From a virus: a stretch of 64,000 bases of DNA. The position numbers and the translations under genes are program-made. The stretch is from positions 1 to 64,000 of the IMG/VR virus record IMGVR_UViG_3300032322_001011. One strand, given 5' to 3'. This document shows positions 33,707 through 43,965 of the stretch, one piece after another (position 1 is the stretch's first letter; every line of letters starts with the position of its first letter). The notes under the pieces were generated by a model, which did not search any database, was not told the DNA's origin, and saw only the letters and a list, made by a program, of their open reading frames with translations.

Positions 33707-34577
33707 CGTCTAGTCTCCAACATGTGTTTTTATAAGGACAGTATTTGCAACCATTGCATGTGGGTTCTTCTGCCCACATTGGTCGCATTGGTGGAATATC
33801 TCCGTTCAATGCTGACATAAGTCGCTTGCAGTTGTCAAGCATTGGTTGCACTAATTCTGGAGTAAACCCAACTACAAACTCTTTGACTTCTTGTGTTGGT
33901 TTCCATTCGTATAGAAATGTCATTTGGTGGATACCAGTGCAATACATATACAACAAACCTTGACGTATATGGCTTGCAAAAGGTTGACGAATCTTTTTCC
34001 ACAAACCATCAAGTGTTATTTCACCCTTTTGATATGCGTAATACAAATCGGGGGCTTCAAAACGAACTGAACCAAGGCCAACTGATTTAATCTCAATCAA
34101 GGTACGACCTTGCTTATCGTTAACAATACCGTCAGCATGACCAAGAATGTGGTGTTCTTCGTTACTAATTGGAACTTCACGGTAAATAGGTTTTGGAGTT
34201 CCGCATGATGGACACTTCTCTGGACTCACCGCTTCCCATTTGTGGTTACAAATATCGTTCTTACATTGCCACAAACCTTCAAGAACACCAGCGTTGTTCA
34301 ACCAGTCCTGCCATTTAGCGTGAATGTAGTGACCCTCAGCAAACACATTCAAGCGCTGAAACGAAAAGTTGTCTGGGTCTTTAGGATGCTTCTTAATGGT
34401 GTACCAATTAGAACGTGGACACCAATCACGCTTTGCTAAATCGCTTGGGTGAATGTGATCTGTATCCCGTGTGGACTCCTTGACATTACGATCTTTTAGG
34501 ATCTGCATAGCCACAGTAGGAAGCACACGACCATTCATGGTCAGCAACTTCTTGTAGTCATGCATCTCACTCATCAA
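33624..34577 (-). CDS. Cas4/RecB-like exonuclease
   Basis: HPSD..WCPR, GHADG, IEIKS, Q..LYM, CKYCPYK..C. Confidence 0.85.
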   Translation of the reverse strand: MMSEMHDYKKLLTMNGRVLPTVAMQILKDRNVKESTRDTDHIHPSDLAKRDWCPRSNWYTIKKHPKDPDNFSFQRLNVFAEGHYIHAKWQDWLNNAGVLEGLWQCKNDICNHKWEAVSPEKCPSCGTPKPIYREVPISNEEHHILGHADGIVNDKQGRTLIEIKSVGLGSVRFEAPDLYYAYQKGEITLDGLWKKIRQPFASHIRQGLLYMYCTGIHQMTFLYEWKPTQEVKEFVVGFTPELVQPMLDNCKRLMSALNGDIPPMRPMWAEEPTCNGCKYCPYKNTCWRLDDESRDGTVQTKLPVTRKAKGTTPRTSS

Positions 34578-34905
34578 TCATCTCCAAGAAATCGTCTTCG
34601 GGTATAACTACATAGCGTCTGCCGCCAATATCAAACTGCAACACAGGAACTCTTTCTTCAATGATCGCTCGCTCACGTAACTCAACAAGGTCAAGAGCCT
34701 TAATAGTTATTTGAGTTAATCCTGTCGTGAGTTTGTTTTCAATGAGGAAGTTTTCCGAACGAACATCATTCTTGCGAAGCCAACCAGCACCAGAGCGAGC
34801 ATTACGAGATCCCTTATACGCAGTAGCGGTTCGCTTCTCTTGTTTAACAGACGCTTTATTAATGTTTCTTCGGTCATCTGCTGGGTCCTTTCCTATAATC
34901 TTCAC
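34567..34905 (-). CDS. resolvase-like PD-(D/E)xK nuclease
   Basis: QEKR.A...SGAGW..K.DV....LIENK. Confidence 0.7.
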   Translation of the reverse strand: MKIIGKDPADDRRNINKASVKQEKRTATAYKGSRNARSGAGWLRKNDVRSENFLIENKLTTGLTQITIKALDLVELRERAIIEERVPVLQFDIGGRRYVVIPEDDFLEMIDE

Positions 34906-35924
34906 CGTGCAACACCGTAGTGGGCTTCAACCTTGGCAATCAAATCTTTCTGCATGTCAAGGTCTTCACGGAATGCATCAAGCATCTTGTCTTTACCTTG
35001 CCAGCGACCCTCACCAAATGAATAGTACGCACCAGCACGAGTAATGATGTCAATAGCAATACCGATATTCAACATGTCTTTGAGAGTGTCGTAGTCACCT
35101 TTCTCAAACCCTTGTGTGTCTGCAAAATAAAAGTCAATGATCGCACTTTGGTTAGGGCGATAAGTCTTGTTCTTGAGTGTACGAGCCTTGATGGTTTGAC
35201 CAACAACTTCATCTTTGTCTTTTAGCCATTCGTCACGCTTTACTTCAACACGGCAGAAGTAAGCAAAGTTCTTTGCCAGCCCACCTGGTGTTGTGCGTGG
35301 GTCACCCCACATAACACCAATCTTTTGTCTCCATTGGTTGATCATCAATCCAGTGCAGTTGCGCTCATCGGTAATAAGTGAACGCTTCTGTGCCTCTGAT
35401 GACTTGCGGAAGAACTTAGATGTAAGACGAGCACCAAGACCTACAGTGAACTCTTCCATCATCTTTTCAGATTCATCGTCTGGAACAAGTGCAGGTAGTG
35501 AGTCAATAACAATCATGTCAACAGCACGATTAGCCATGACATTGATAACCAAGTTGTACGCCTGCTCCATGATGTTGGTTTCAACAATCCACAGACGTTC
35601 TAGGTCAACACCTATAGACTCTGCATAATCAGGAACAAACTCTTCGGCAGCAATCCACAAAGCAATAAAGTCTGGGTTGAGTGCTTGGTTAGTTGCAATA
35701 GTTTTAAACGCAAGAGCGGTTTTACCAGATGACTCTTCACCAATGATTTCGCTCCATTGGTTTACGGGCCAACCACCACCAAGCATGAGGTCGTAGGACA
35801 AGATACCTGTAGAGATACGCTCTAACTTGCCACGGGTTTCACTACCCTTAACAATTGTTCCTGCACCATATTGTTTGTTAACCGAATTAATGATTGAAGA
35901 CAGACTGTCCCAATTGTTTTCCAC
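34902..35924 (-). CDS. recA: RecA recombinase
   Basis: GEESSGKT, VIDSL.AL, INQWR.KIGV.WGDP.TTPGG. Confidence 0.95.
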   Translation of the reverse strand: MENNWDSLSSIINSVNKQYGAGTIVKGSETRGKLERISTGILSYDLMLGGGWPVNQWSEIIGEESSGKTALAFKTIATNQALNPDFIALWIAAEEFVPDYAESIGVDLERLWIVETNIMEQAYNLVINVMANRAVDMIVIDSLPALVPDDESEKMMEEFTVGLGARLTSKFFRKSSEAQKRSLITDERNCTGLMINQWRQKIGVMWGDPRTTPGGLAKNFAYFCRVEVKRDEWLKDKDEVVGQTIKARTLKNKTYRPNQSAIIDFYFADTQGFEKGDYDTLKDMLNIGIAIDIITRAGAYYSFGEGRWQGKDKMLDAFREDLDMQKDLIAKVEAHYGVAR

Positions 35925-35932
35925 GTATACTC

Positions 35933-36310
35933 CTATACCCAGTTTGATTGTTCACCTTGATCATACAGGGAGTTCCACCCACATTGAAAGCATCTTGGAG
36001 CAGGAACTTTTCCACCTGCTGATGCATTTGATCTACTAAATACGTTACTACTTCCGCATCGTGGACAAGTTTGGTTACCATCAACACGATGTGCTTCTCC
36101 ACCTTTCCAAGAACGAATGGCAGTACCCATGTCAGTTTGACCGTTAGGATCAGCCTGTTGAGCAACCTGTGTTTGATGCTGTAACGGCGACTGCATTACA
36201 CGTTGTTGCGCTTGCTGTTGTAGTGCAGGCAAAACTACTCGCTCAGACGGTAACGCCCTACGTTCTTCTTGGGGTGCGTTGTTTAACTTCCTATCCCACC
36301 AACTGCTCAT
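35933..36310 (-). CDS. zinc-ribbon hypothetical protein
   Basis: CPRCGS...RCFQCGW. Confidence 0.7.
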   Translation of the reverse strand: MSSWWDRKLNNAPQEERRALPSERVVLPALQQQAQQRVMQSPLQHQTQVAQQADPNGQTDMGTAIRSWKGGEAHRVDGNQTCPRCGSSNVFSRSNASAGGKVPAPRCFQCGWNSLYDQGEQSNWV

Positions 36311-36320
36311 TATTGTTTCC

Positions 36321-36671
36321 TTATTCTAACGGAGAGATTATCGCAATCATTTGATTTTCTAATAGTTTTTGAACAAGTGCCATTCCATAAGAAATTAACA
36401 CATTCTTTGAACTTTCAACCGCAGCCAAAGGTGGTAATTCCTCGTCATCTAGGCTAGTGGTTAGAACCTCTGTAAACCAATCAACTGACTCAGCAATCTC
36501 ATCAAAGATTCCAAAGTCATGTAGGAGTTCCCACTGCTCATCAATCTGTTGTTGCTCTAATTCCTGAACATCTTCAGAAGATGGGGTAAAGCCTAACTTT
36601 ACAGCAACGTCTTGCCCTGATGGAATGGAAAGCATAAGACAGAAGTTTCTTTTCTCAGTAATAAGATTCAT
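36321..36671 (-). CDS. hypothetical protein
   Basis: ATGA overlap with polymerase. Confidence 0.65.
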   Translation of the reverse strand: MNLITEKRNFCLMLSIPSGQDVAVKLGFTPSSEDVQELEQQQIDEQWELLHDFGIFDEIAESVDWFTEVLTTSLDDEELPPLAAVESSKNVLISYGMALVQKLLENQMIAIISPLE

Positions 36672-38719
36672 TTTCCTTTTGCCTCCGACCAGTTAGTTGC
36701 TGCATGACACGACACTTTAAGTGTGACCCCCATAATACTCCTATCGTGACCCATCGCAGTAACTAGGGTGGACATTGCAGAGATTTCGTCTTCTTCTGGG
36801 GCAATTGCTACAAGTTCGTCATGCACTTGTACAAGCATCCTTGCCTGTGTCCCTGTAAAAGCCTTGTCCACATCAATCATGGCTTGCTTACAGATATCTG
36901 CGGCGCTTCCCTGAATAATGGCGTTAATGGCTTGGCGTTGTGCTCGTGACTGTGTAAACGAATCTTTTGATAACAACTCTGGAAGCCTACGCCTGCGACC
37001 ACTAATCGTGGACACATACCCAGAACGAACAGCCTTGGTAATAGCAATCTGCTTCCACCTAGTCAACCCAGCAAAACTCTTGTAGTAGTTATCAAGTATC
37101 GACATAGCGTGTTCTTCTTCAATACCTGTTTGTAGGGCAAGTTTCTTATGACCACCACCGTATGCGGTGAGGAAGTTAACACCTTTACCAATCTGTCGTT
37201 CTTCAGACGTTACCTCTTCTAAAGGCTTCTTAAACACGGCAGCCGCAGTAGCGGCGTGAATGTCTTCGTTGTGTTTAAAAATATGAAGCAACCGTTCATC
37301 TTGACTAAACATTGCCATGACTCGGAGTTCAATCTGGTCGTAGTCAGCCACCAACATGGTGTACTTATCTGGTGGTACAAACAAACTACGGATGGTGGAG
37401 TCTCGTGGGATGTTCTGCAAGTTTGGATTAGATGAAGACAACCGACCAGTGGCGGCTCGGTGCATGTTAAACGATGGGTGCAACTTACCGTTGTTTAACT
37501 TAGGTATAAGACCATCAACATATGTTGATTTCATCTTCCCAAGTTCTGACCATTGCAATAAAAGTGGGATCAAGGGATGCTTGCCTTTAAGTTTCTCAAG
37601 AGCATCCGCATCAACTGATGGAACTCCCTTAGCGGTCTTCTTAGTTGGCTTAAGACCTAGGCCACCTGCTCGCTTACCTGTAAACAAGTACGTTTGTTTG
37701 TCCTTATTAGAGTCTGGGTTAAACCCTGCGTAGGAGTTGTCTACAATGTCCAGTAGGCACTCACGCATCTTGGCATCCAGTTCTTTCCTCAATAACTTAA
37801 GTGAGGCTGAGTTAACTGTAATCCCTTCTTCTTCCATACACATGAGCACCCGAAGAACTTCAGACTCTTGCTGAACGGCTGGCTGTAAATCTTCAATAAG
37901 GTTTAACTTAGAACGCAACTTAGAGTAAAGCAACCATGTCCAACGAGCATCTAAGTGAACGTACTTAGCCGCAGAACTAAAAGGAACAGTGTTAATAACA
38001 GCACCAAGTTTTCCTTCCTTGGCGTAAGCATCATGCCCACCAAAGTTCTGGGCAATTAAGTTAGTCAACGAAAACGATTGTGAGTTCTCATTCTCTAGAT
38101 GTTGAAGAATCATCGTGTCCATGTATGGACCTGGTGGTAACTCTCCGTAGTACTTCTTAATAGAGCGAGCGTCAAACTTTACGTTGTGACCAACCTTTAC
38201 AAGGTCGCTAAAGAATATTGGGCGCAACGCTTCAAAAACTTCATAGCGAGATAACTGCGCTGGTGGGTCTGAATAGACACCTGGAATCACATACTTGGCT
38301 TTAGCCATTGACTCCTTACCGCTTGCTGTTACCTTGCGATATCCAGATGGTGGGATGGTTGTACCGTCACCACGTTCTTCTGGAATAACTATCTCACCAA
38401 GCAAATGACCCATAGGTATAGCCCATGAGTGACCGTAGGTAGCAATGCCAATCCAAAACACCTCGTTACGTAGAGGGTCTAGCGCTAAATCTTTTAGGTA
38501 TCGTTGGCGAATTGCTTCCGTTGATGAGGCAACAATTGAATCCGTAGGGTTCTTGAGCGTTGCAATGTGATCTTTACACTCTTTCAAAAAAAGTGTATTG
38601 ATATCATCATGGCGCTCAATAACCCCACGGGACTCAATGTCAAAGGCAAATTCCCCTGCCTTTGTAACTATCTCAACAAGTTTGTGCAACTCTTCAACGG
38701 TGTGAACCGTCTGTTGCAT
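36668..38719 (-). CDS. polA: family A DNA polymerase (3'-5' exonuclease + polymerase)
   Basis: FDIES, GHNVKFD, TGRLSSSNPNLQN, DYDQIELR, K..NF..AYG, VHDE. Confidence 0.95.
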   Translation of the reverse strand: MQQTVHTVEELHKLVEIVTKAGEFAFDIESRGVIERHDDINTLFLKECKDHIATLKNPTDSIVASSTEAIRQRYLKDLALDPLRNEVFWIGIATYGHSWAIPMGHLLGEIVIPEERGDGTTIPPSGYRKVTASGKESMAKAKYVIPGVYSDPPAQLSRYEVFEALRPIFFSDLVKVGHNVKFDARSIKKYYGELPPGPYMDTMILQHLENENSQSFSLTNLIAQNFGGHDAYAKEGKLGAVINTVPFSSAAKYVHLDARWTWLLYSKLRSKLNLIEDLQPAVQQESEVLRVLMCMEEEGITVNSASLKLLRKELDAKMRECLLDIVDNSYAGFNPDSNKDKQTYLFTGKRAGGLGLKPTKKTAKGVPSVDADALEKLKGKHPLIPLLLQWSELGKMKSTYVDGLIPKLNNGKLHPSFNMHRAATGRLSSSNPNLQNIPRDSTIRSLFVPPDKYTMLVADYDQIELRVMAMFSQDERLLHIFKHNEDIHAATAAAVFKKPLEEVTSEERQIGKGVNFLTAYGGGHKKLALQTGIEEEHAMSILDNYYKSFAGLTRWKQIAITKAVRSGYVSTISGRRRRLPELLSKDSFTQSRAQRQAINAIIQGSAADICKQAMIDVDKAFTGTQARMLVQVHDELVAIAPEEDEISAMSTLVTAMGHDRSIMGVTLKVSCHAATNWSEAKGK

Positions 38720-38724
38720 AAAGA

Positions 38725-39405
38725 TTATTGAGCGTCAAGAATGTCTGTTGCTACTTCCAACAGTTCTGTGCGAGTAGGGATCTTGATGATGCTTGGATCG
38801 TAAGCATTGTTGTTCAACACCTTCATGGTGTCTTCATCAAATGCTTTGAGATTCCATTCTTCAAGGTCACGCTCACGTACCATCTGCAAAATGGTTTGTG
38901 TCTGTGCTCCCTTACCAGTCTTGGATACTGCCCAATAATTCTTGGACAGAGGTCCTTGACGTGGGTCAAGGTGGAAGTTCTTTAGTTGGTCAATCAGACG
39001 AACGCCAACTTCAAACGACTTAACAATTGCTTCTTCTTCATTGCTAAGGACTGCAATGTTGAATGCAAACTTCGTGCTTGGGCGATTGCCTGCATCACAA
39101 AGTGGGCAACCATTTGGATCGTCATGCAAGCAGACAAAAGACTTCTGGCCTTGACGACCATCAATCCAGTGTGTGCGGAACGATGCGTATGGTTCGTCTT
39201 CCAAGAACTTGATGACTTGTGTGTCTTCAGTTACCTTGAAGCGCTGTGCGTACGGTGAGGATGCTTCCTGAACACGGTCTGCTGCACCCCAACCACGCTT
39301 GATTGATCGTGCTGCTGGTGCTTCAGTTGCGTCTGTTTGCTTTGCTTTTACTGGCGATGCAATTTCTTGCTCGTCATCTTCATATTCGTCATAACGGTTT
39401 GACAT
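38725..39405 (-). CDS. single-stranded DNA-binding protein
   Basis: IKFL...HW...C....CPLC, K.GKG..T; position next to polymerase. Confidence 0.7.
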   Translation of the reverse strand: MSNRYDEYEDDEQEIASPVKAKQTDATEAPAARSIKRGWGAADRVQEASSPYAQRFKVTEDTQVIKFLEDEPYASFRTHWIDGRQGQKSFVCLHDDPNGCPLCDAGNRPSTKFAFNIAVLSNEEEAIVKSFEVGVRLIDQLKNFHLDPRQGPLSKNYWAVSKTGKGAQTQTILQMVRERDLEEWNLKAFDEDTMKVLNNNAYDPSIIKIPTRTELLEVATDILDAQ

Positions 39406-39427
39406 GATGTACCTTGCTTTCGTGTGT

Positions 39428-39868
39428 TTAATTTGACCAGTGTGTATGTATGTGTTTTTTGAATGCTACCCAATCTACATTTTGTCCTCGTGCTTTATTG
39501 AGTCCAAAATGATCAACTGCGTATAGCAGTAACTCTACCTGACTTCGGCTGTAAAGCCTACGCCCCTTGGAACTTTTTCCAGGAATTTGATTCCCCTCTG
39601 GAGGAGAAGTCCGAAACTTTGGAACAGGAATAATTCCATCATGTTCCCAGTGTCGTAATGTATCTGGTTTTCTTCCAAGTGCTTTGGCAACCTCCCCAAT
39701 TGTGTAGAAGGCCACCTTTTCCCCACGCACCTGGTAGTACGTTGCGTGAAGAAATTCAAAAGGATCTTCTTCCTTACTCTTTTTAGTTTCCGCCCTGTTT
39801 TTAGGCGGCTTCTTTCCAGGGTAGTTAGGAAGATCCTCAAGAAAACTATCTAAGCCTTGAGCGCCCAT
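39428..39868 (-). CDS. MerR-like HTH protein
   Basis: YTIGEVAKALG...TLRHWE..G.IP...GRRLYS. Confidence 0.8.
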   Translation of the reverse strand: MGAQGLDSFLEDLPNYPGKKPPKNRAETKKSKEEDPFEFLHATYYQVRGEKVAFYTIGEVAKALGRKPDTLRHWEHDGIIPVPKFRTSPPEGNQIPGKSSKGRRLYSRSQVELLLYAVDHFGLNKARGQNVDWVAFKKHIHTHWSN

Positions 39869-40269
39869 GTTTCTTTCTCAACATAAAACGTCTTAACTTT
39901 CTCTTGAATGTTTTCGTCATTCCAAGCAAGACCAAGCAACTTGTCCTCACTAAGAACTTCAATAACTTCTTTTACAGTGTCCCAATGACCGTTCTCCTTA
40001 GCCCATGCTTCAGCAGCACTGGTGTTAAACGATTTGGATACACGGCGCTCACGCTTAAGTTCTACATCTCCCAAGTCAATCCAGATGTTTCCCTTTTCAT
40101 CTGGGTTACCGTGAGCAACAAGCATCTCAGTTAGTTCTGCTTTAAGAGCGTCTGCTCTTTTCTGAACTTGGTCAAGCATTGACTTGTGGTTCTTGTAATC
40201 CTCAACCACTCGCCGTGCATGCGCTTCATTAAATTCTGATGCTGGTGTTTCTCTTACAATCTTTGCCAT
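39850..40269 (-). CDS. Gam/Gp157-like coiled-coil protein
   Basis: Coiled N-terminus followed by short beta strands; replication context. Confidence 0.45.
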   Translation of the reverse strand: MAKIVRETPASEFNEAHARRVVEDYKNHKSMLDQVQKRADALKAELTEMLVAHGNPDEKGNIWIDLGDVELKRERRVSKSFNTSAAEAWAKENGHWDTVKEVIEVLSEDKLLGLAWNDENIQEKVKTFYVEKETWALKA

Positions 40270-40270
40270 G

Positions 40271-41815
40271 TTATACCTCGCTGTTTGTTAAGAACGAAGA
40301 CAATGCGCCTAAGTTCAGTTGAAAGTTTCCTTTGTGGTCGTGACCACCATCAACAAATGCTTTGTTGATGTTCCTTTTCTCTTGCAACATTTCGTATTGC
40401 CTCTCTTCAATACTCCCCTTCATTACGAATGAGATTATGTTAACGTGCGGAAACTCAGATGACAACCTGATAATTCTGGCTTCTCGTTGGTCTAGTTTTC
40501 CAGCGCTCCAAGGAAGGTCATAGGAAATCAAATAGTTAGCCACAGGTAAGTCCACACCGTAGCCACCAGCATCCGATGATAAGAACAAACGGGTGTTTGG
40601 ATCGTTAGCAAACTGTTGTTTTGCTCTGTCTCTAGACATCATATCCATGCCACCCATAAACAAAACGCTGTTGGTTAGCCCTTTTGTAGCGTTTTGAATT
40701 AGTCGTAAATTGTTTTTAAAGAACGAAAACAATACAACTTTATTCTTTGGATCTTCATTTAAAACGTCTTCAATGTACTGAAGCACCGCATCTAACTTGG
40801 GGGTGTTAAACCTCTCTGGAATAAGACCCTGTGCTACAACTTGAGAAGCATGCTTACTACCTTGATCGTTGTTGTCGTCTAGGTATTGCTCTGCGGATAT
40901 CTTTACCAGTTCTGGATTATCACAGAACATACGTAGGGTAGTCAATCGGGACATGACATCCCCTTGTGCTTCCATGTTCTTATTGTTTCCGTAATAGTGC
41001 GCCCACAAATCAAACCCTCTGCCATGTTGGGTTATTGCTTTTTGAATAGAATCAAGCAAGTCATTAGACAACTTCCTATACACAGCAGCACCTGCGGAAT
41101 CAAATGGTACTGGAATGAAGTGGTTGATTACTTGGGGCAACTGATCCTGAATATCTTCACGAGTTTTGCGGACCATTACGTCTTGCATACTTTCATTTAG
41201 AGCCTTAAGATTTCGATATCTGCTTGGCTTACCAAAATGATCACGCACAATAAAGGTGCGGTCAAACACTTCAAACTTCCCAAGTACTGCTGGGTCAACA
41301 AACTCCATAATAGAAAACAATTCTTCTGGGCGATTCTCAATAGGCTGACCAGTGAGCGCAAACCTGTAATGGTATTTCTTACCTATGCGTTTGATAAGCC
41401 TAGAACGCTTGGCTCTTGGGGTCTTAATCATGGTTGCTTCGTCAACCACAATTGCATCAAACTTATGTTTTTCAAAATGAGCCAAGTCGTTAACTAATGA
41501 TTCAGGGTTAACAACAACGTACTTTGCGCTGAGTGCGTTACGCCATTCTTTCTTTCTAGCGGCAGCAGAACCATCAATAACAACGACATCAGAATCAGTA
41601 AACTTTTTAATTTCTCTAGCCCATTGATACTTCAATGCAGATGGGACTACCACAATTACTTTCTTTATCTCACCAGACTCAAACAACTTTTCTAGTGCAG
41701 CAATAGTAGTAACAGTTTTACCAGCACCCATCACTAGGGCTAACAACATTTGACCACGGTCAACCATGAGTTCGGTTGCCTCTTCTTGAAACGGATAAAG
41801 TTTCCCTTTAAACAT
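40271..41815 (-). CDS. SNF2-family helicase (replication block)
   Basis: MGAGKT, DEAT, LTGQP.EN, GG.GVDL, QREARIIR. Confidence 0.9.
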   Translation of the reverse strand: MFKGKLYPFQEEATELMVDRGQMLLALVMGAGKTVTTIAALEKLFESGEIKKVIVVVPSALKYQWAREIKKFTDSDVVVIDGSAAARKKEWRNALSAKYVVVNPESLVNDLAHFEKHKFDAIVVDEATMIKTPRAKRSRLIKRIGKKYHYRFALTGQPIENRPEELFSIMEFVDPAVLGKFEVFDRTFIVRDHFGKPSRYRNLKALNESMQDVMVRKTREDIQDQLPQVINHFIPVPFDSAGAAVYRKLSNDLLDSIQKAITQHGRGFDLWAHYYGNNKNMEAQGDVMSRLTTLRMFCDNPELVKISAEQYLDDNNDQGSKHASQVVAQGLIPERFNTPKLDAVLQYIEDVLNEDPKNKVVLFSFFKNNLRLIQNATKGLTNSVLFMGGMDMMSRDRAKQQFANDPNTRLFLSSDAGGYGVDLPVANYLISYDLPWSAGKLDQREARIIRLSSEFPHVNIISFVMKGSIEERQYEMLQEKRNINKAFVDGGHDHKGNFQLNLGALSSFLTNSEV

Positions 41816-42719
41816 TTATCCACCAAGGTATTACTGATGCTTGCTTTATTGCCGTTAGCGTTTCGTCTTGAGTCATTTCACCGATGTCTTTTGCGTTCGT
41901 GTGTGCGTAGTGTATATATTTTACACCATACCTAAACGCTGGTAACTGCTTTGTAATACGTTTTGCAGACTCAATCCCTGCCTCATCATTATCCATAGCA
42001 ATAATTAACCCGTCAGCATGTTCGGATAGAAGACGTATCTGGGCCTTACTTACGTGTGCTCCAAAAGTTGCCACGGCACTTACCCCATCCATAACAGTGT
42101 CAACCCTGACTACATCTAACGGGGACTCAACAACCATTACAATCTTTTGAGAAACTTTGTCTAGGCCAAATAACGTATCTGACTTCTTAATCCCGATTGG
42201 ATAGTTGCGAACCTGTGACGGTTCTTTCTCTTGCCACCCAAGCAATTCACCAAAAGAAGAAACTATGGGAAGAATCCATGCTTGTTTCTTCTCATCAAAC
42301 CTAACTCCGTACTTCCTTGCAGATGCTCTATCAAGACCACGAGTCCACAACCAGTTGTCAGAGGGCGCTGGAAAAGAACTAAACACTTTCCAATCTACTT
42401 CTGGCTTTAACTCAGCAACAGGTTCTGCTGTCAATCTTTCAAGACCAGAATTAATCAAGAAAGTATGTACAGCAATAATACTGTCTGGCTCACCAGTAAG
42501 TTCTGAAACAAGGGTTGACAATGTTCCTTTAGCACCACAGGAATAACAAATCCACAAGCCAGTGTTTGCATTCATTGACCACGATGGTGACCTATCTTCT
42601 TTACCAGTTCGTGATGCGTGTACAGGGCAACACCCAGATATTTCCTTCTCACCTACACGCTTTACGGTTACTCCTAACTGAGTTAGGACACCAGCAATAT
42701 CAGTAGTACCAGTTGTCAT
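41808..42719 (-). CDS. dnaG: DNA primase (CHC2 zinc finger + TOPRIM)
   Basis: CPVH...CYSC, VESPLD, MDNDEAG. Confidence 0.88.
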   Translation of the reverse strand: MTTGTTDIAGVLTQLGVTVKRVGEKEISGCCPVHASRTGKEDRSPSWSMNANTGLWICYSCGAKGTLSTLVSELTGEPDSIIAVHTFLINSGLERLTAEPVAELKPEVDWKVFSSFPAPSDNWLWTRGLDRASARKYGVRFDEKKQAWILPIVSSFGELLGWQEKEPSQVRNYPIGIKKSDTLFGLDKVSQKIVMVVESPLDVVRVDTVMDGVSAVATFGAHVSKAQIRLLSEHADGLIIAMDNDEAGIESAKRITKQLPAFRYGVKYIHYAHTNAKDIGEMTQDETLTAIKQASVIPWWINV

Positions 42720-43965
42720 TGTCCGAGTCATTATCATCCCCATCTTCTCCTACCTCTGTAAAGTCCATGTTGTTCCAGTCCCAGTTAATTCTGATCTCTC
42801 CTTGTGGGGCTGAACGTGCAATGACTACACGAATGATTCCTTGGTTCTCAATATCTGGATCAGACTCAACTGCAATAACAAGGTCTGAGTCTTGAGCAAA
42901 TGACGAGGTGTAACCAATTGAGTCAACCGTTACCTTGCGTGACTTCTTGTTACCCAACTTCCATGAAAGAACCTGGGTAGTACCAACAATTGGAATGTCA
43001 GCAGTCTGTGCAAGACGCTTTAAAGACCGAGTGATGTTTGTGAGCGCCTGTGGCGAACCCTTTGGTTCTCCTTGCTCGTCATCCATTAGATACACACCGT
43101 CAACAAAAAGAATGTCTGGCTTGTACTCTTGCACCTTTGCCGCAAGTGAACTAACGGTGGTGAGTGATGATGTGTCCTCAGTGATAACAAACGGATGCAT
43201 GTTCTTACGCATACGCAAAGTATTACGAACACGCTCAAACTCTTCGTCAGAAAGACTTGCTCGCAAGATGTTGCTGTATGGAACTTTGGCAACAATCGCA
43301 TCGTAACGTGCCGCTTGTTCTTCTGCTGACATTTCAAACGAAACAAAGAGTGGGCGTTTACCGTGGATGTGGGCTGCGTTAGCCATCATCAACGTCATCA
43401 ACGACTTACCTTTCTTTGCTTCACCAACAAATGTAATCAACTGTTGTGGGCGAAGACCCGAAGTGATTCTGTCAAGACCTTGAATACCTGTAGGAATACC
43501 ACGAATAGCATTAGGCATCTTACGTAGTTCGTCATATTTTGAAACACGTTCTTCCCACTGCTCAATAAGGTTTACATCTCGTAGGCGAGCAACATCTGCT
43601 CCAGCCTTCTGTACACCTGCGGCAAGCAACTTAAACGCTTCACTTGTGTCCCCAGCATTGAGTGCAGGCATCGCTGCTGACATGGCCTCAACAAGATTGC
43701 GCTGGCGGTAACTTGCATAAAGTTCATCTACCAATGCGGTAAACGGTTCTGGTTTAGCATCAATTACTTTGATGTCTCCAAACTCCATACCAAGCGCACG
43801 TTCAGTTGGAACTGACCCATGATTACGCCAGTATGAAGTAATCCATGTCCAGACATTCCCCCACTCTTTAGTGAAGTGCTCAGTCTTTACGCCATGCTTT
43901 AACGGAAAGGAAATGTCTTGGTCTTGAATGACCTTACTGATTAGTAATTGTTCTGCACTAGCCAT
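42700..43965 (-). CDS. dnaB: DnaB-like replicative helicase
   Basis: IPTG...LD..T.G, GEAKKGKS, SFEMS, VDGVYL, QDSD. Confidence 0.92.
   Translation of the reverse strand: MASAEQLLISKVIQDQDISFPLKHGVKTEHFTKEWGNVWTWITSYWRNHGSVPTERALGMEFGDIKVIDAKPEPFTALVDELYASYRQRNLVEAMSAAMPALNAGDTSEAFKLLAAGVQKAGADVARLRDVNLIEQWEERVSKYDELRKMPNAIRGIPTGIQGLDRITSGLRPQQLITFVGEAKKGKSLMTLMMANAAHIHGKRPLFVSFEMSAEEQAARYDAIVAKVPYSNILRASLSDEEFERVRNTLRMRKNMHPFVITEDTSSLTTVSSLAAKVQEYKPDILFVDGVYLMDDEQGEPKGSPQALTNITRSLKRLAQTADIPIVGTTQVLSWKLGNKKSRKVTVDSIGYTSSFAQDSDLVIAVESDPDIENQGIIRVVIARSAPQGEIRINWDWNNMDFTEVGEDGDDNDSDNDNWYY

Noticed and set aside
33624-34577. CRISPR-Cas system based on the Cas4-like gene
   Set aside because: Solo Cas4-like nucleases are ordinary in phage recombination modules; no array or other cas genes
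36668-38719. Intein or intron in the polymerase (insert in exonuclease domain)
   Set aside because: No intein terminal motifs or homing endonuclease; the frame is continuous and of normal length
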